From the NCBI GenBank assembly GCA_964016885.1, contig OZ024741.1, positions 190,030,001-190,094,000 on the forward strand: 64,000 nucleotides of DNA, in the 5' to 3' direction. Positions 13,620-27,034 of this stretch are shown here, piece by piece. The first letter of the stretch is position 1. Each line of letters begins with the position of its first letter. The notes under the pieces were generated by a model. It searched no databases. It was not told the DNA's origin and saw only the letters and a list, made by a program, of their open reading frames with translations. The stretch comes from Eledone cirrhosa (lineage: Eukaryota). Made by a program: the position numbers and the translations under genes.

Positions 13620-14370
13620 TCACATCATCATTCATTGGATCAGGCGAATTGCCCAGGCCAACTCCATTCTCCTTCTCCAGACATCTGTCCTCCTTTGCTA
13701 TCTTCAGGTGTTCAATTGTCAAACCAGCATCTTGAGTCAGTTGGTCAATATTAGTCATCTGATGACGCCCAATGCAAGAGTGTCCATGGGTTGACATCCA
13801 CAAAAGAAGACTGCTACCGAAACAAAGACAAGCTTGTTAACAGTGCCCAGCATATCTTATTCTTTTTTCCCTAACTAAAGCTGATACAGGATCGGTCCAT
13901 ATAGCTCTTCTTTCAAGGAATGCTGCTTCCAGAACCTGTTCAGCACTACGCGTAGCATTTGTGTGTATGTCCCCATCAATCTTGTTCTCTAATCTTTATG
14001 TCATTGTTCATGCTGAGGAGCCATACAAAAGAACTGAAGAAGCCTTTCTTTCTTTTTTTTTTTTGGTAGAGAGGACTTCCAGATTGACCTGAAGTTATTG
14101 AGATCACTGCATGCTCTAGCTATCCATATAGTTATGTCTTTTTTAGTGGATGAAATATCACTTCCAAGATAGGTAAATCTTTCAACTTCTTTTAGAGGTT
14201 TTCCATCCAAGGCTTTCATTTCACCATTCTGATTGAAGTTCATGACTTCTGTCTTCTTCATGTTCACATACAATCCTTTCGTGACCGCAGCACTGTTGTC
14301 AAGGGTTGAAACTGTGTACATCCAAATGGATGTACACAGTTTCAACCCACGGAGTTTGTACTTGTTGCCT
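13620..14370 (-). mobile_element. Degenerate RTE-like LINE 3' fragment
   Basis: GLYVNMKKTEVM...LKEVERFTYLGSDI typical of the post-RT region of LINEs. Confidence 0.7.
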
Positions 14371-14383
14371 TTATACATCATCA

Positions 14384-14830
14384 TCACCGTTTAACGTCCA
14401 TTTTTCTATGCTAGCATGGGTTAGACGAGTTGTCCTGTTGTGAACAATGCCAGATCAGGTGACCATGTCTTGCTCATACAAAACTGATTTTAGCTTGATT
14501 TCCACAGCTGGATGCTCTTCCTAACGCCAACCAAATTTACAGTGAGTAGTGGGTACTTTTTTTCGTGACACCTACACAACCACTTTACAGTGTGGGCTGG
14601 GTGCTTTTTGTCATGTTGCCATCACTGCCACTTTACAGTGTGAACTAGAGGCTTCACTAGATGTATGCTTCAGCCTGTCCTCATGAGAGATGTATAGGAG
14701 GGTGTGGTGGGGCGTGCATACTATATATATGCTTCAGCTTCAGCCCATGGGAAGGCGGGTCTTCTGTATTACTGCATAACGCCAGAGATCTAGGTCCTGT
14801 GTCATCTTTGATAGGTGCAATTAAGCAAGG
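14384..14830 (-). mobile_element. RTE 3'-end fragment
   Basis: (CAT)n + CGTTTAACGTCC + reverse complement of GGTTGG(C/T)GTTAGGAAG..CATCCAGC. Confidence 0.75.
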
Positions 14831-15571
14831 TCAGCTTTTATCACCTCATCCCAAGTCTATAATGAAGATTATATGTCGCTGCAAGTGTTAGTAGATTCAG
14901 AAGGCATCAAATAACGACAAAATCCATTATAAATATGTAATTCCATTTATTCGTGGTATAAGCATGGAATTGTTATAACGACAAGAAAAGGTTGATCTGT
15001 ATCGAAGAATTGACGTGTTGACACGAGCAAGTATTTCCGGAGACTCTATTCTCTCTGAGTTCACTTACGTTATCTGGTCTAAGTAGTCCAGTAACTCGTA
15101 TCGCTCCGCCGAAGGTTTTGATTGTCTCACACTTCAGCCAATTTACCTCCGTAACATAATTCTTCCGCAGAAGGAAAATACATTTAATTACAAAGTAAGT
15201 ATATATTTATTTACTGCTACAAGTCTTCCTGGGTAATTCAAATGTTTATAGCATATTAGTGGACATTGTTGTGAAAATTGGCAGTATTAGCGTAAAGACT
15301 TTAATGTGATGCAATCATAGTGCTGCTTTTTATTCTCCAAGAATGTCTTGCTAAGGATGTTTCATTAAGAGATAAATCATGTATAGGACCAAATGATGTT
15401 TAATGTATATATATTTATTTGTAAACAACATCGCATGCAAAGTTCAAACTTCCAAAGTGCTGAGGGGTTATAAAGTTCATAGAAAATGTAGGAAATTCAG
15501 ATGATGAAAATAAAACTGTAAACACAATTAATTGCTATAAATAACAGACTAGAAAATCAGGTAAAATACCA

Positions 15572-18500
15572 TCTCTATATATATAAAACGGTAGGTGTCT
15601 GTGTGTGTGTATGATTTTTATGCATTTCCACATTTCTCTACCGATTTTGATGATTTTTTTTTTCCAATGTGCTCCAAATTTACCAGGGCAGGTCAACGCG
15701 TAATTATTTTTGCCAAAAATTTCCTGCTTCTATGAAAAAAAATCAATGAAACTAAATACATGCTTCATTCCTCTCACTACTACCATCAAAAATATATGAA
15801 ACTACACAAATATTCAAAAGCAACAGATGAATTTATAAAACAACAAACGTAACAATAACAACGCTTAAGCATTTATTTACATGATACTCAACAAAGACAT
15901 TATATTTTATTGTTGTCCTTTTTGTAATTTTCTTTCTTTGTTTTTCTCAATATGAGACAAAAAATTAATGAGAAAACTTTTTCCTCGGGATTCTATTCAA
16001 AGTCGGGACAATTATTGCTTTTGGTCAAGAGAAGGTCATGAAGCAAAAAAATGTTCAAATCAATCAACAATAAGGGCAAAAATCGATCATGATCATTCCC
16101 CCTCTCTATAATTTAACTGCTTTACTCTCTCTGTCGCTCTTCACTCCTTATATGACAACACTGCAGAGAGAGAAACAATGTATATGATCAAATGAAGCGT
16201 TCCGTATATTCCCCCTCTCTATAATTTAACTGCTTTACTCTCTCTGTCGCTCTTCACTCCCTATATGACAACACTGCAGTGGAGCGTTCCGTATTGACAT
16301 ACGGCTTATCTGGGGCATTTTCAATCGGCTTATTGCAAATAACAACCCGCAAAATAACACTTCATATAACAGATTAATGCTATAGACATATGAATTGGAA
16401 TGTAACCCATGAACTTTTTCCTGGGCAAAATTATTCGAACAGAGATAACCTCATTGCCAGAGTTTTCAGACTGAAACTGGCTAAACTCATGGCTTTAATC
16501 AAAAAGGTCAGGTATTTGGGGCTGTAAAATGTGACATGTTCACCGTCGAATGGCAAAAATGAGGGCTGCCACATGCTCACATTTTGATTTGGTTAGCTGA
16601 TAAAATCAATTCAAATACCATAGACAGCTTCATTTCGGCTGAAATCTCTAACCCAGCAACTGACCAGGAATTACATGACATCGTCAAAGCTAACATGGTC
16701 CGTGTGCGTCGGGTCCTAATGAGCATCACACGTGTCTGAAAGGGGGGGGTCGTGCAGTAAGGGATACTCAAAATAATTTGTTGACCAGACTCAGACTGGT
16801 GGCGATGGGTAGCCCCTGTACAGGCGGAGACGGCCCGAGAACGGTGGCTTCACCACAACAGTAAGGGGAGGTCAAGTCGACAATAGATGGGTGGTCCCTT
16901 ACTGCTCGCTTCTCTTGAAGATGTTCAACTCCCACATCAACGTTGAGTTTTGCAACTCCATCTAGTCAATAAAATACATATGCAAATATGTAAATAAGGG
17001 CTCTGATGCCACAATGTTCGCATTTCAAGCTGAAAATAGCAGGGACGAGGTCACAATACCTGGCGGGGCGGTACATCAGTAGCAATGAAGCTTTTTGGTG
17101 CCTATTTAGTTTACCCCTACACCAACGTCACCCCGCCATCGTACAGCTTGCGGTACATTTGGAAAATGGACAAAGGGTTTACTTTACAGACTAAACCGCC
17201 GCCAAGATGGCCGCCGATCTAAAAGAGACCACTCTGACGGGTTTCTTCAAACTTTGCCAGTTCGATACATTTACGCAAACAATTGTGTACTCCCAGGTTC
17301 CATCCTACTTTATATGGTCGAAAAACACTTGGGTGCGGAGAAAGTCAGGTCAGGCTGCTGAAAGATATCCTGGTGTAAAATTTGACAGCTGTCTTGGAAG
17401 GGTTTACACTGTGACCCCAAGTCAGCATGAGTGCTTTCATCTCCGCCTTCTTCCGCATGAAGTTGTAGGCCCACAAAGTGTTCAGGACATCAAAACTGTT
17501 GATGGAGAAATATGTGATACGTACCGGGAAGCCTGCTTTAAGCGAGGTCTTTTGGAAGATGATTCGCAATGGGATTCCACTTTAGCAGAGGGTGCTTTGT
17601 TGAAATCAGCTAAAAGTCTACGGGAACTCTTTGCCATTTTGCTTCAAAAGTGTGAATTTGGTGATCCCAAATCTTTATGGGTCAAGTATAGAGACTTCAT
17701 GTCAGGACTTCCTGCGCCTGGCTCATCTGCAGTATACTTAAGTGGAAGTTGGTTACAGCGACATTATCTACAACTGGGCACTCATTGATATCGAGGACGC
17801 CCTCCTCGACATGGGTGGGAGTGAGTTGGCGACGTATGGCTTGCTGTCAACCGTCAGAGAGGAAGCTAACACGTTGGCCCCGGATTTGTTGCGGGAAACA
17901 GCATATGACATCGAATCTCTTTCCCAATACTTAGAGGAAAATGAGCCCAAATTTCTGTTGGACCAAGGGTTGGACTATTTAACTATCATTGATGCGGTTC
18001 AAAATCAAACTGAGGGTATTTACTTTTTCGATGCTCCTGGGGGTACCGGAAAAACTTTTGTAACGAAATTGATTCTCGCTAAGATTCATCAGGAGAATAA
18101 AATTGCGTTGGCCGTTGCATCGTCCGTGATTGCTGCTACTTTGCTGCCGAGAGGCAGGACAGCACATTCAACCTTTAAACACCCCTTGGATTTAGTAAAA
18201 TCTGAGACACCAACATGCAATATCAGCAAGAGCTCACACGAAGCTCTGGTTCTCAAAAAATGTTGCCTCATTGTTTGGGATGAGTGCACAATGGCACACA
18301 AGGGTGCCCTTGAGTCATTGGACAGGACCCTGAAAGACAGAGATTCTACAGCTCCTATGGGTGGCGTAACCCTTCTGCTATCAGGGGATTTTCGGTAAAC
18401 GCTGCCTGTCATCCCCAAAGGAACAAGAGCTGATGAAGTGCGTGCCTGCCTTAAATCGTCCATGTTGTGGTTCCAGGTGAAGAGTTTGTACCTGAGCACA

Positions 18501-19617
18501 AATATGCGTGCTCATTTGCATGTTGACAACATGTCTGCAGCATTTGCTCAGAACATTTTAGCACTTGGTGAGGGCAAGGTCCCTGCGGATGACAAGGGCG
18601 GCATAGCAATCGACTCCCTGTGCAACATTATGAGCAGCCCTTCTGACCTTTGGGAGGCAGTTTTTCCTAATGTCTCATCTAACTTTAAAAACCTCGATTG
18701 GCTCAGCGAAAGAGCCATCCTTGCTCCGAAAAATACCATGGTTAATTTTATTAACGAGCAGCTGATTGAGACGATTCCCGGTAAAGAGAACATCTTCAAA
18801 TCTATCGACCGGACGTCAGACCTCGACGATATCGTTAATTATCTGGTTGAGTTATTAAATTCCCTTGAGCCCCCAGAGCTCCCACCTCACATTCTTAAAC
18901 TTAGGGTTGGGTGCCCCATTATGCTAATAAGGAACTTGCGTCCACCAAAGCAGTGCAACGGTACTCGCATGGTCGTCAAGTCACTGACACCCACTTGATT
19001 GAGGCCACCATTGTAACGGGGTGCGGGAGAGGGGAGAATGTTTTCATTCCAAGGATGAACCTTTTCCCCTCGGCATCAGATATCCCTTTCGATTTCTGGC
19101 GATCCCAATTCCTGGTGAGACCATGTTTTGCCATGTCCATTAACAAGTCACAAGGGCAAACATTGTCGGTGGCGGGCATCCATTTGGGGGAGCCATGCTT
19201 CTCCCATGGCCACTTTATGTTGCCTGTTCCCGCGTAGCGAGCAGGAATGGACTTTTTGCTTACACTCCTCAAGGGATGACACGCAATATCGTCTACAAAG
19301 AGGTGCTATAGATGTTGGTGCAGGTGTTGGAGCTATGCCGTCTGGAAAACTGGTAGGGTCACCCATGGCGGACAGATCTGACACCCAGCGGCATCAGGAC
19401 CACCATCTTGCAACTTTGGTCTACTAAATTCGCTATTGGAAGTTTATTAACCCATCATTGAATGTCCAAAATGCTAATTGGTTCGTAATTTTAATAACCG
19501 GTTCAACTGCTTTATGCACTTAATTGATAAGCTTATTCGCTTTCAAGCCACGTTTACCTGTATGTAACTTTTCATAGCAAATGAACAAACCCGAGCAACG
19601 CCGGGCTAAACTGCTAG
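15572..19617 (+). mobile_element. Helitron with decayed Rep/PIF1 helicase
   Basis: Starts A|TCTCTATATATATAAAA and ends with hairpin CCCGAGCAACGCCGGG then CTAG|T. Rep HUH motif (VEWQK*GLPHAHIL, ~16545) and Tyr motif (IKYICKYVNKG, ~16968). PIF1 motifs APGGTGKT, WDEC, GDFR, FAMSINKSQGQT. Several stops and frameshifts. Confidence 0.95.
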
Positions 19618-20089
19618 TATATAAATATATTTATACATAAGTATATATGACATATATACATATATGTCGCACCTCCATTTTACATACTATATTTACAATG
19701 TACCACTTATTTTGTATGTCTAGTATATGAGTCACATACCAGTTTTTCATGTATTTTCATGGTAAAAGTTATATACAGTATTTATGTGAATGTGTGTAAT
19801 TCATTCGGCCCATAATGAGGGACTCTATTGTGACATACATGTTTTGAGCATTTAAACATGGCAGAGCCCATTCCTCTCCAGATGAGATCACAGTTGATTT
19901 CTTCCAAAAAGAAAGCAAGACAGAGAAGAATTGATCCCTTTGGTGCTATATTTATCGATACCAAAAGAATGAAAAAAGGTAATGCTGACTTTGGTGAGAT
20001 TTGAACTCAGCACACAGATTTAGGAGGAATAGTGCAATGCATTCTATCTGACACTCTAGCTGAGTTTCAGATTTTATTATTATTATTAT

Positions 20090-20738
20090 TGAATTGGCAG
20101 TATCGGTAGAGGGTCGGACGCCATGCTTTGATGCATAGTTACGTCCCTTTACAGTCTGAGTTCAAATCCCGCCGAGGTTAACTTTGCCTTTCATCCTTAC
20201 GGGGTCGATAAAATAAAGTACCAGTAATGTACTGGGTATTGCTGGCCTTGTGCCTAAAGTAGAAACAATTATTATTATTGTTGTTAGGATGGTGGATTGG
20301 CAGTATCGGTAAAGCGTCGGACAATATGCTTTACGGCATAGTTAAACCCTTTATGTTCTGATTTCAAATCCCACCAAAGTTAGCTTTGTCTTTCGTCCTT
20401 ATGGCGTCGATAAAATAAAGTACCAGTAATGCACTGGGGTTGATTTAATCGACTTTCTTCTTCCCCAAATTGCTGGCCTTCTGCCTATAGTAGAAATCAT
20501 TATTATTATTACTTTCAGTGTTAAGTGTGGTGGACTGGCAGAATTGTAAGTGTGTTGGACTAAATGTCTCATGGCATTTAGTTACGGCCCTTTATATTCT
20601 AAGTTCAAATCTCAACTTTGCCTTTCATCCTTCCAGGGTCAGTAAAATATAGTGCCAGTCAAGCGCTGGGGTCAATATAAATGAATGAATTATCCCTCTC
20701 CCCCAAATTGCTGGCCTTGTGCTTAATTCAGAAATTAT
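20090..20738 (+). mobile_element. Three tandem family A SINEs ending ~30 bp upstream of the LDLa exon
   Basis: Same diagnostic motifs; the third copy is the most diverged. Confidence 0.87.
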
Positions 20739-20770
20739 TGGTATTATTTTCAATGTTCTTCTTTCAACAG

Positions 20771-20896
20771 AAATGCCTGGTCCTTGTAATGAGCATCAGT
20801 TTCTTTGTCAGCCAACAAGACGATGTATTGCCAAAAAGTTCCGCTGTAACCGAATTAATGATTGTTCTGATAAATCTGATGAAAAGAATTGTATAG
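20771..20896 (+). CDS. Exon encoding an LDL-receptor class A repeat
   Basis: ctttcaacag acceptor and ATAG|gtgagt donor; 126 nt, phase 1-1. Encodes CNEHQFLCQPTRRCIAKKFRCNRINDCSDKSDEKNC (six Cys, DCxDxSDE motif). Confidence 0.93.
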   Translation, partial: KCLVLVMSISFFVSQQDDVLPKSSAVTELMIVLINLMKRIV

Positions 20897-21580
20897 GTGA
20901 GTCATAAATACCTAATGTTTATAGTTTAAGACATAGGCAAGTCATAAATACCTAATGTTGTTTATAGTTTAAGACATAGCCAAGTCATAAATACCTAATG
21001 TTGTTTATAGTTTAAGACATAGGCAGGTCATAAATACTTGATGTTGTTTATAGTTTAAGACATAGCTAAATCATAAATATCTCTATATTTACTATGATTT
21101 TTTTTGTGGTAAAGGCTTTACCTCACATAATATCAAATCTATGAGATTTTGATATTATTTATTTTGAGAACAATACATTAACATTAGTATGAACGGCCAG
21201 TTACAGCCGCTACAGTTTGAACAGAAAGAGGTGAGAGAATTCTGGCCAGATATGGCTGGTTTAAATGCTAATGGTTTAAGACAGATGAATCATAAATATT
21301 TAATAGTGTTTGTAGTTTAACACTTAGATAAGTCATAATTATCTAATGTTTGTGACTTAAGACATAAAGTATGTCAAAAATATCTTGTTTGTAGTTTATA
21401 ACATGCATGTCAAATATCAAATGCTGTTTGTAGTTGAAGACAAATGTTGGTCATAAATATCTTGTTATTTATAGTGTAAGATATTAGGTAAATCATAAAT
21501 ATCTGATAATGTTTGACTTTTACAACATATGTAAGTCATAAATATTTGATGTTTGTAGTTTAAGACATAGGTAGGTCACA
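20897..21580 (+). repeat. ~40-45-bp tandem repeat filling the intron after the LDLa exon
   Basis: Unit AG(G/C)(T/C)RAGTCATAAATACCTAATGTTGTTTATAGTTTAAGACAT, about 12 progressively degenerate copies. Confidence 0.85.
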
Positions 21581-21642
21581 GTGATGATATATTTGTGTGT
21601 GTGTTTGATATTGATTCTGTTTTTTTTTCTACCTACTTTCAG

Positions 21643-22496
21643 TTTTACAACCAACGTATGCTGTGACCAGACATCCTGACATTGAGATTGATGGTCAAGC
21701 TATCTTCATGCAAACTGCTGTCTACTCTGTGATTGGCTGTGCTATCGGTGTCATACTGCTCATCTCTGTACTCATCATCGCAGTTTTCCGAGTTCGAATG
21801 AAGCGTGCCGCTGTGCGACGTGCTATGGCACCAAACGACTCCGGCATGCGAGGAAATGCAACAATCGGTGGTGCTGCTGGTGGGGGGTCTTCGGCTGCAT
21901 CTGGATCCAATTCAGTGCCTCCTGAATATGATCCATTTCTCTCTCCCAGCAGCCAGCAACAACCGCACCACCAGCAGCAGTCGTCATCGTCATCGTCTCA
22001 GTATGGCAACATCATTGTGAATGTGAACAACGGTGTACAGTACGTCCCCGGCAGTGAGTTCCCACAATACATTGAGCCCCCTCCTCCTTATTCCACTGTG
22101 GTCGCAGGCCGGGAGTGTTCCCCACCACCACCATACAGCACCATTGACCCATCTGCACCCCCACTGCCCCCCTTGCCGCCGCCACCGCCACCACCTCAGC
22201 AGCAACAGCCATCATCTGCAGCAGCAGCAGCTGCATCTTCACCAATCCTCAATTTGTCTCCCACTCCAATTTCAACCCCACACAGCGAAACTCCAGAGAG
22301 AATTACGCCCCTCTTACCGCCACCTCGAAGCATGTCTGCATTAACTCCACCAATCCTTGCTGACCCCACGCAGACTGGAGAGCTACCGCGTACACTCCCT
22401 GCTCAGCTGTCTGCTTCCACAGCGGAGGGCCACCCCCCTCCAGGACACATTATTGTAAAAGATGGTAAAATTATTCTCACACCCAGGAACTCATGA
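21643..22496 (+). CDS. LDLRAD3: Terminal coding exon of LDLRAD3-like receptor: transmembrane helix and Pro-rich cytoplasmic tail
   Basis: Polypyrimidine + tttcag acceptor in frame with the LDLa exon. TM VYSVIGCAIGVILLISVLIIAVF followed by basic stop-transfer RVRMKR. NVNNGVQYV matches the NVNNGIQYV motif I recall from vertebrate LDLRAD3. PPEY and two PPPPYS motifs; TGA stop at 22494-22496. Confidence 0.82.
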
Positions 22497-24708
22497 CAAT
22501 GTGGTTTAAAAACATAATTATAATTATGTTTATCATCATCCTAATTATATGATGAATTATCATATAATTAGGATGATGATAGTGATGATGATGATGATAA
22601 TGATAATGATAATAATAAACTAAAAAGACTAATAAGAAAAATGCAAAAGGTTGTAATTCATATTCCCACATTCTTTGGGATATTTTACCTTGGATATTTT
22701 CTCTAGAAATGTAAAACTTGTATAAATTTTTTTTTTTAAACTTTGTTGCCGTAAACTGCTAAAAAAAAAGTTGGTATTGGAAAAAAAATGTGAGCAGTAA
22801 ACTGTTGAAAAAAATTTGGTATTGAAAGAAATATATAAGAACCCTCTCCCCTCCTTCAAAAAATGAATATATATATACACACAATGTATACATATGTGTG
22901 TGTATATATATAAACATACACAATGTATACATATGTGTGTGTGTGTATATATATATATTAATAGTATGCGTGTGTGTGTACAAGATAGTTCCACCTTAAA
23001 TTTGAATGAAAATAATTTTAGCGCTATTTCATTTATTTCATCTATATTTGTAATGTCTTTTAGACTTTCAAACTTTCAGAACTTCAAAATTTCACACCCT
23101 CTCCTCTGGAAACTATTCTACCACTATACAGATTTGTTTGTTTTTTTAAGATAATGTGCCATTTTTATTTTTCTTCTCTTCTTATCCTCCTCATGAGACC
23201 TTTTACATTTAAAGCACATCTTGAAATTCAGCTTTGGTCTTCTTTTTTTTTTTTTTCTTTACCATGTACCAGTTTGGGGAGGGTACCAATTTGTATTTTA
23301 AATGTGAATTCATGAAATGTTACCTTGGTCACCCAACCATCTCTCTCTCTCACACACATACACACACACACACACACAGAGCAATGAAGAGACAAATTCA
23401 GCTAACTCTTACATTCCTTTATCTGTAATTATTATTATTGTTATTATTACTACTATTATTATTATTAGGGCAGTGGATTGGCAGTATCGGAAGAATGTCG
23501 GATATGCTTTGCGGCATATTGTTACGTCCCTTTACGTTCTGATTTCAAATCCCGCCTAGGTTATCTTTGCCTTTTATCCTTACAGAGTCAATAAAATAAA
23601 GTACCAGTTATGCTGGATGAATTTATCAATCTTCCCCCTCCTCCCAAATTGTTCTGAGTTCAAATCCCACTGAGGTTAAATATTTCTTTTTATGCTTCCA
23701 GGGGTTGATAAAACAGTACTGAGGGGTGGCTTGAGTTAATATTATCAGCTATGCACCTCACTCCCAAAATCTGTGAATTTGTTTGGATCTATGTTAAAAA
23801 ACATTTGTTATTTTAAGTTTAACTCTTCTCACGGTCAACTTTTCCTTTCATCCTACCAGGGTAGATAAAATGATACTGTTAGTCGATTTAATCCACTAAC
23901 CCTTTCTCCAAAATTTGTAGTTTTGTGCCTATGTTAGAAATAATTATTATTACTTTTGGAGTTGTACTTGTTTGGCGAGTGACTTGATATTGTATGTTGA
24001 AACTGACACAATAACATAATGGAAAAAGTCATTTTAACCATTTAAAAACAAAAAAAATCTGTAATATTCATTTATTTTGGAGTATCAGAATTCTTGCAGT
24101 GGAATTATGTTAGTGACAGTTTGCAAAGAGGGCAACAAAAATTTTGACACCAAAATAAATGAAAAGTGAACATAATTCTTTTATGTTGTTTGAATGGCTA
24201 AGATGACTCACAAGGCAGAAAATTGGCAGTCATCAGAGTGTCATCCTTTTGAGGTCGATTAAAAAAATAACCAGTACTAGTGTTGATTTTTTTTTTTTTT
24301 TTTTTTTTTCCTCTCCTCTGGAAGAAACCGGCTGTGTTCAGACCTGGAACAGGGATGGGCTCTGCATGATTTAAAATGCCTAAAACATGATGTATGTTGC
24401 TACAGTGCCCCAACAACTCTGCCAGGAGTTACAAGTCCATACGTACAAAATGACTCTCTACTATGATATAATTATAATTACTATTAATATTTATTTCAGT
24501 TGCTGCTATTGTATGGTCAAGAATTGTCAATTTACACCAACATTCTTGTTGGTTAGTGAAGACCTTTGACCCCCTCAAATCAATGGAGACAAATGACTCC
24601 TCTCACATGCAATGCAATTTATTGTTCTTTGTCCTAGCATTTGAAAACTAAACAATAGAAAGAACATCCCCTGCAAAGACATTCCACCAGTTTTAATGAT
24701 TTCCTTAA

Positions 24709-24912
24709 CCCTTTACCATCTACATTACTCTATATTTACTATTGTATTTTCATGGTAAACACTTTATTTCACATAATTCTCATGTAATATCGAATCTACG
24801 AGATTGATATTTATTTTGAGAGCAATACCTTAACATCAGTATGAGTGGCCTGTTTGATCAGAAAGAGGTGAGAGAATTCTGGCCTGATATGGCCGGTTTA
24901 AATGCTAAAGGG
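24709..24912. mobile_element. piggyBac-type MITE, same family (degenerate third copy at ~21085-21278)
   Basis: TTAA|CCCTTTACCATCTA...TAAATGCTAAAGGG|TTAA; interior matches 31571-31763. Confidence 0.85.
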
Positions 24913-27034
24913 TTAAAATTGTGAAATCTATCTAAACTTAAATGGCATGATGTAGTGATTCTCATTCTATTCCTCTGCTTTTCCTTCCTACACTTACAAA
25001 GTGTAGCTGATGTGTGTGTGTGTATATATATATGTATATACCATATATACTCCGAAGTCATATTTTTTTCCATGAAAAACCAGCATATGACATCTCCTGG
25101 ACCAACAAAAAACCTCAATTAAAATGGAGGTGTGACTTTTACAAGAGTATATACTGTATATACCAAGTATTGTTTACCGGTTAACTAACGACTTGCTAAT
25201 TAGTCATGTAATAAATCCCTTTCCCACACATTCTTCTCTTGAATTTTAGATTTTTTTTTTTTTTTTTGTCTATGGCTTAGTGGTTAGAGCGTTGGCCTTG
25301 CAATGGAAAAGTTGTGAGTTCAATTCTCAGACCAGGTGATGTGTTGTTTCCTTGAGCAAGACATTTTATTTCACATCGCTCCAGTTTACTCAGCTGTAGA
25401 AATGAGATGATAGGGACTGGAGTCCATATCATTCCACTGCAAAGTGGTCGTGGAGGTGCCACGGCAAAAAAAAAAGCACCCAGCACTCACTGTAAAATAA
25501 GGTTGGTGTTAGTTAGGGCATCCAGCTGTAGAAGTCCAGCCTTGCAAGCAGGGAAAAAGCAGATGTAAAATGAAATGACGTGTGATGTGTATTATTGAGT
25601 GATATGGTGTTATTTAGACCTCAATGATTGAGCAAATCTATGATCAAAGCATTCCAGCCATGACCATCCTGTCTTATTCTTACCTTTAAGACAGTAGGTT
25701 GTGATATTTCAACTGCTATTTCTAGCAGCTTGAACAATTGCTTGTGGTTCCCTTGTTGTACATGGAAGTTTAATGTTGTATAGATTTTGTACAGAATATA
25801 TGAAGCTTAGCGAACACATGCTTTGCTGAAACATTGTGGTCATGTTGTAAGAATATAAGTAAATCTCCTTATATATACATGTGTGTGTGTGTATGTATAC
25901 ATATATATATATAGACACGCATGTATATGTAAATTTGTGGGAGGGGACATTCAAAATTATTTTAGGTCTCAATTTTTTTTTTTAAAGATCTCATTCCTCT
26001 TTGCCCATCCACCCATGTATTATGTCTGTGGAAAATGTAAAACATCCTCTTAGTCTAGTAACACATCTACTCCCATCTCTTTTCCTTGCCTCAACACCCA
26101 TACTTTGTATTGGTATTTTGAAGTACAATAATAATGAAATAAAAATCATGTCTCTCTCTAATCTGCAGATGTTCATAAGAAAAGAATAATAAAACTGAAC
26201 TAAAATAAAATCTATCGTCAACTACAATGAGTTTCACTTTTTTTTTAAGGGCGGAGGGAGGTTTGTAAAGTGTTGTAGAAAGAAATATAGACTTATATTT
26301 TATTATAAAGTAGCATGTAGATTTCTCATGTTGTAGAACAAAGTGTAACCATGTATTTATTTTATTGTAGAGTGAAAGATAGATTTAGATTATATTGTCG
26401 AGAAAAATCTAGCTTGCATTTTATTGCAGACCAACATATATGCTTCCATATTATAGAGCTAAATGTTGACTTCCATTTAATTGTAGAGTAAAACAGATTT
26501 GGATTTTAGTCTTCCAGTAAAATGTTGCATTTTATTGTATCATCATCATCATCATCGTTTAACGTCCATGTTCCACGCTTGCATGGGTATAGAGTATCAA
26601 ACAGTAAAACATACTTGCATATAATATTTTAGATAGAAAAAAATGTAGGTGTGCATATAATTTTATTGGAGAGTAGAAGGCAGAAATGAGATTCCTCCGA
26701 AAGGTCTCTGGAGTAACGTTACTCGATAAAGTACATAGCTCGGAGAACAGAGTCACTCCAGGTAGAGCCGCCACTTGTCTGAATTGAGAGATCACAGCTC
26801 CGATATTCTGGGCATGTAGTTAGAATGTCTCAGGAAAGAATCACTGGACAGATTTTACAGGAAAAACTAACTAGGAGACCCAGGGGGTAGACACCGAGCT
26901 AGATAGTTGGATAACATCCATGAGCTTGGCTGGTCTCAACAGGACCCACTGGAAGGATTGTTTGAGAACTGCCGCCCACAACCCTCTCAGGTATAAGTGG
27001 GTGAAGAAAAAGGCAAAATTGTTGTAGATGGATA

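Noticed and set aside
15171-15194. 24-nt segment between a good acceptor (ttccgcag) and donor (gtaagt)
   Set aside because: In the phase needed to join the Ig and LDLa exons it contains TAA. It could only be a poison exon, and there is no support for that.
17742-19237. Cellular PIF1 helicase gene
   Set aside because: Intronless, disrupted, fused to Rep motifs and bounded by Helitron termini.
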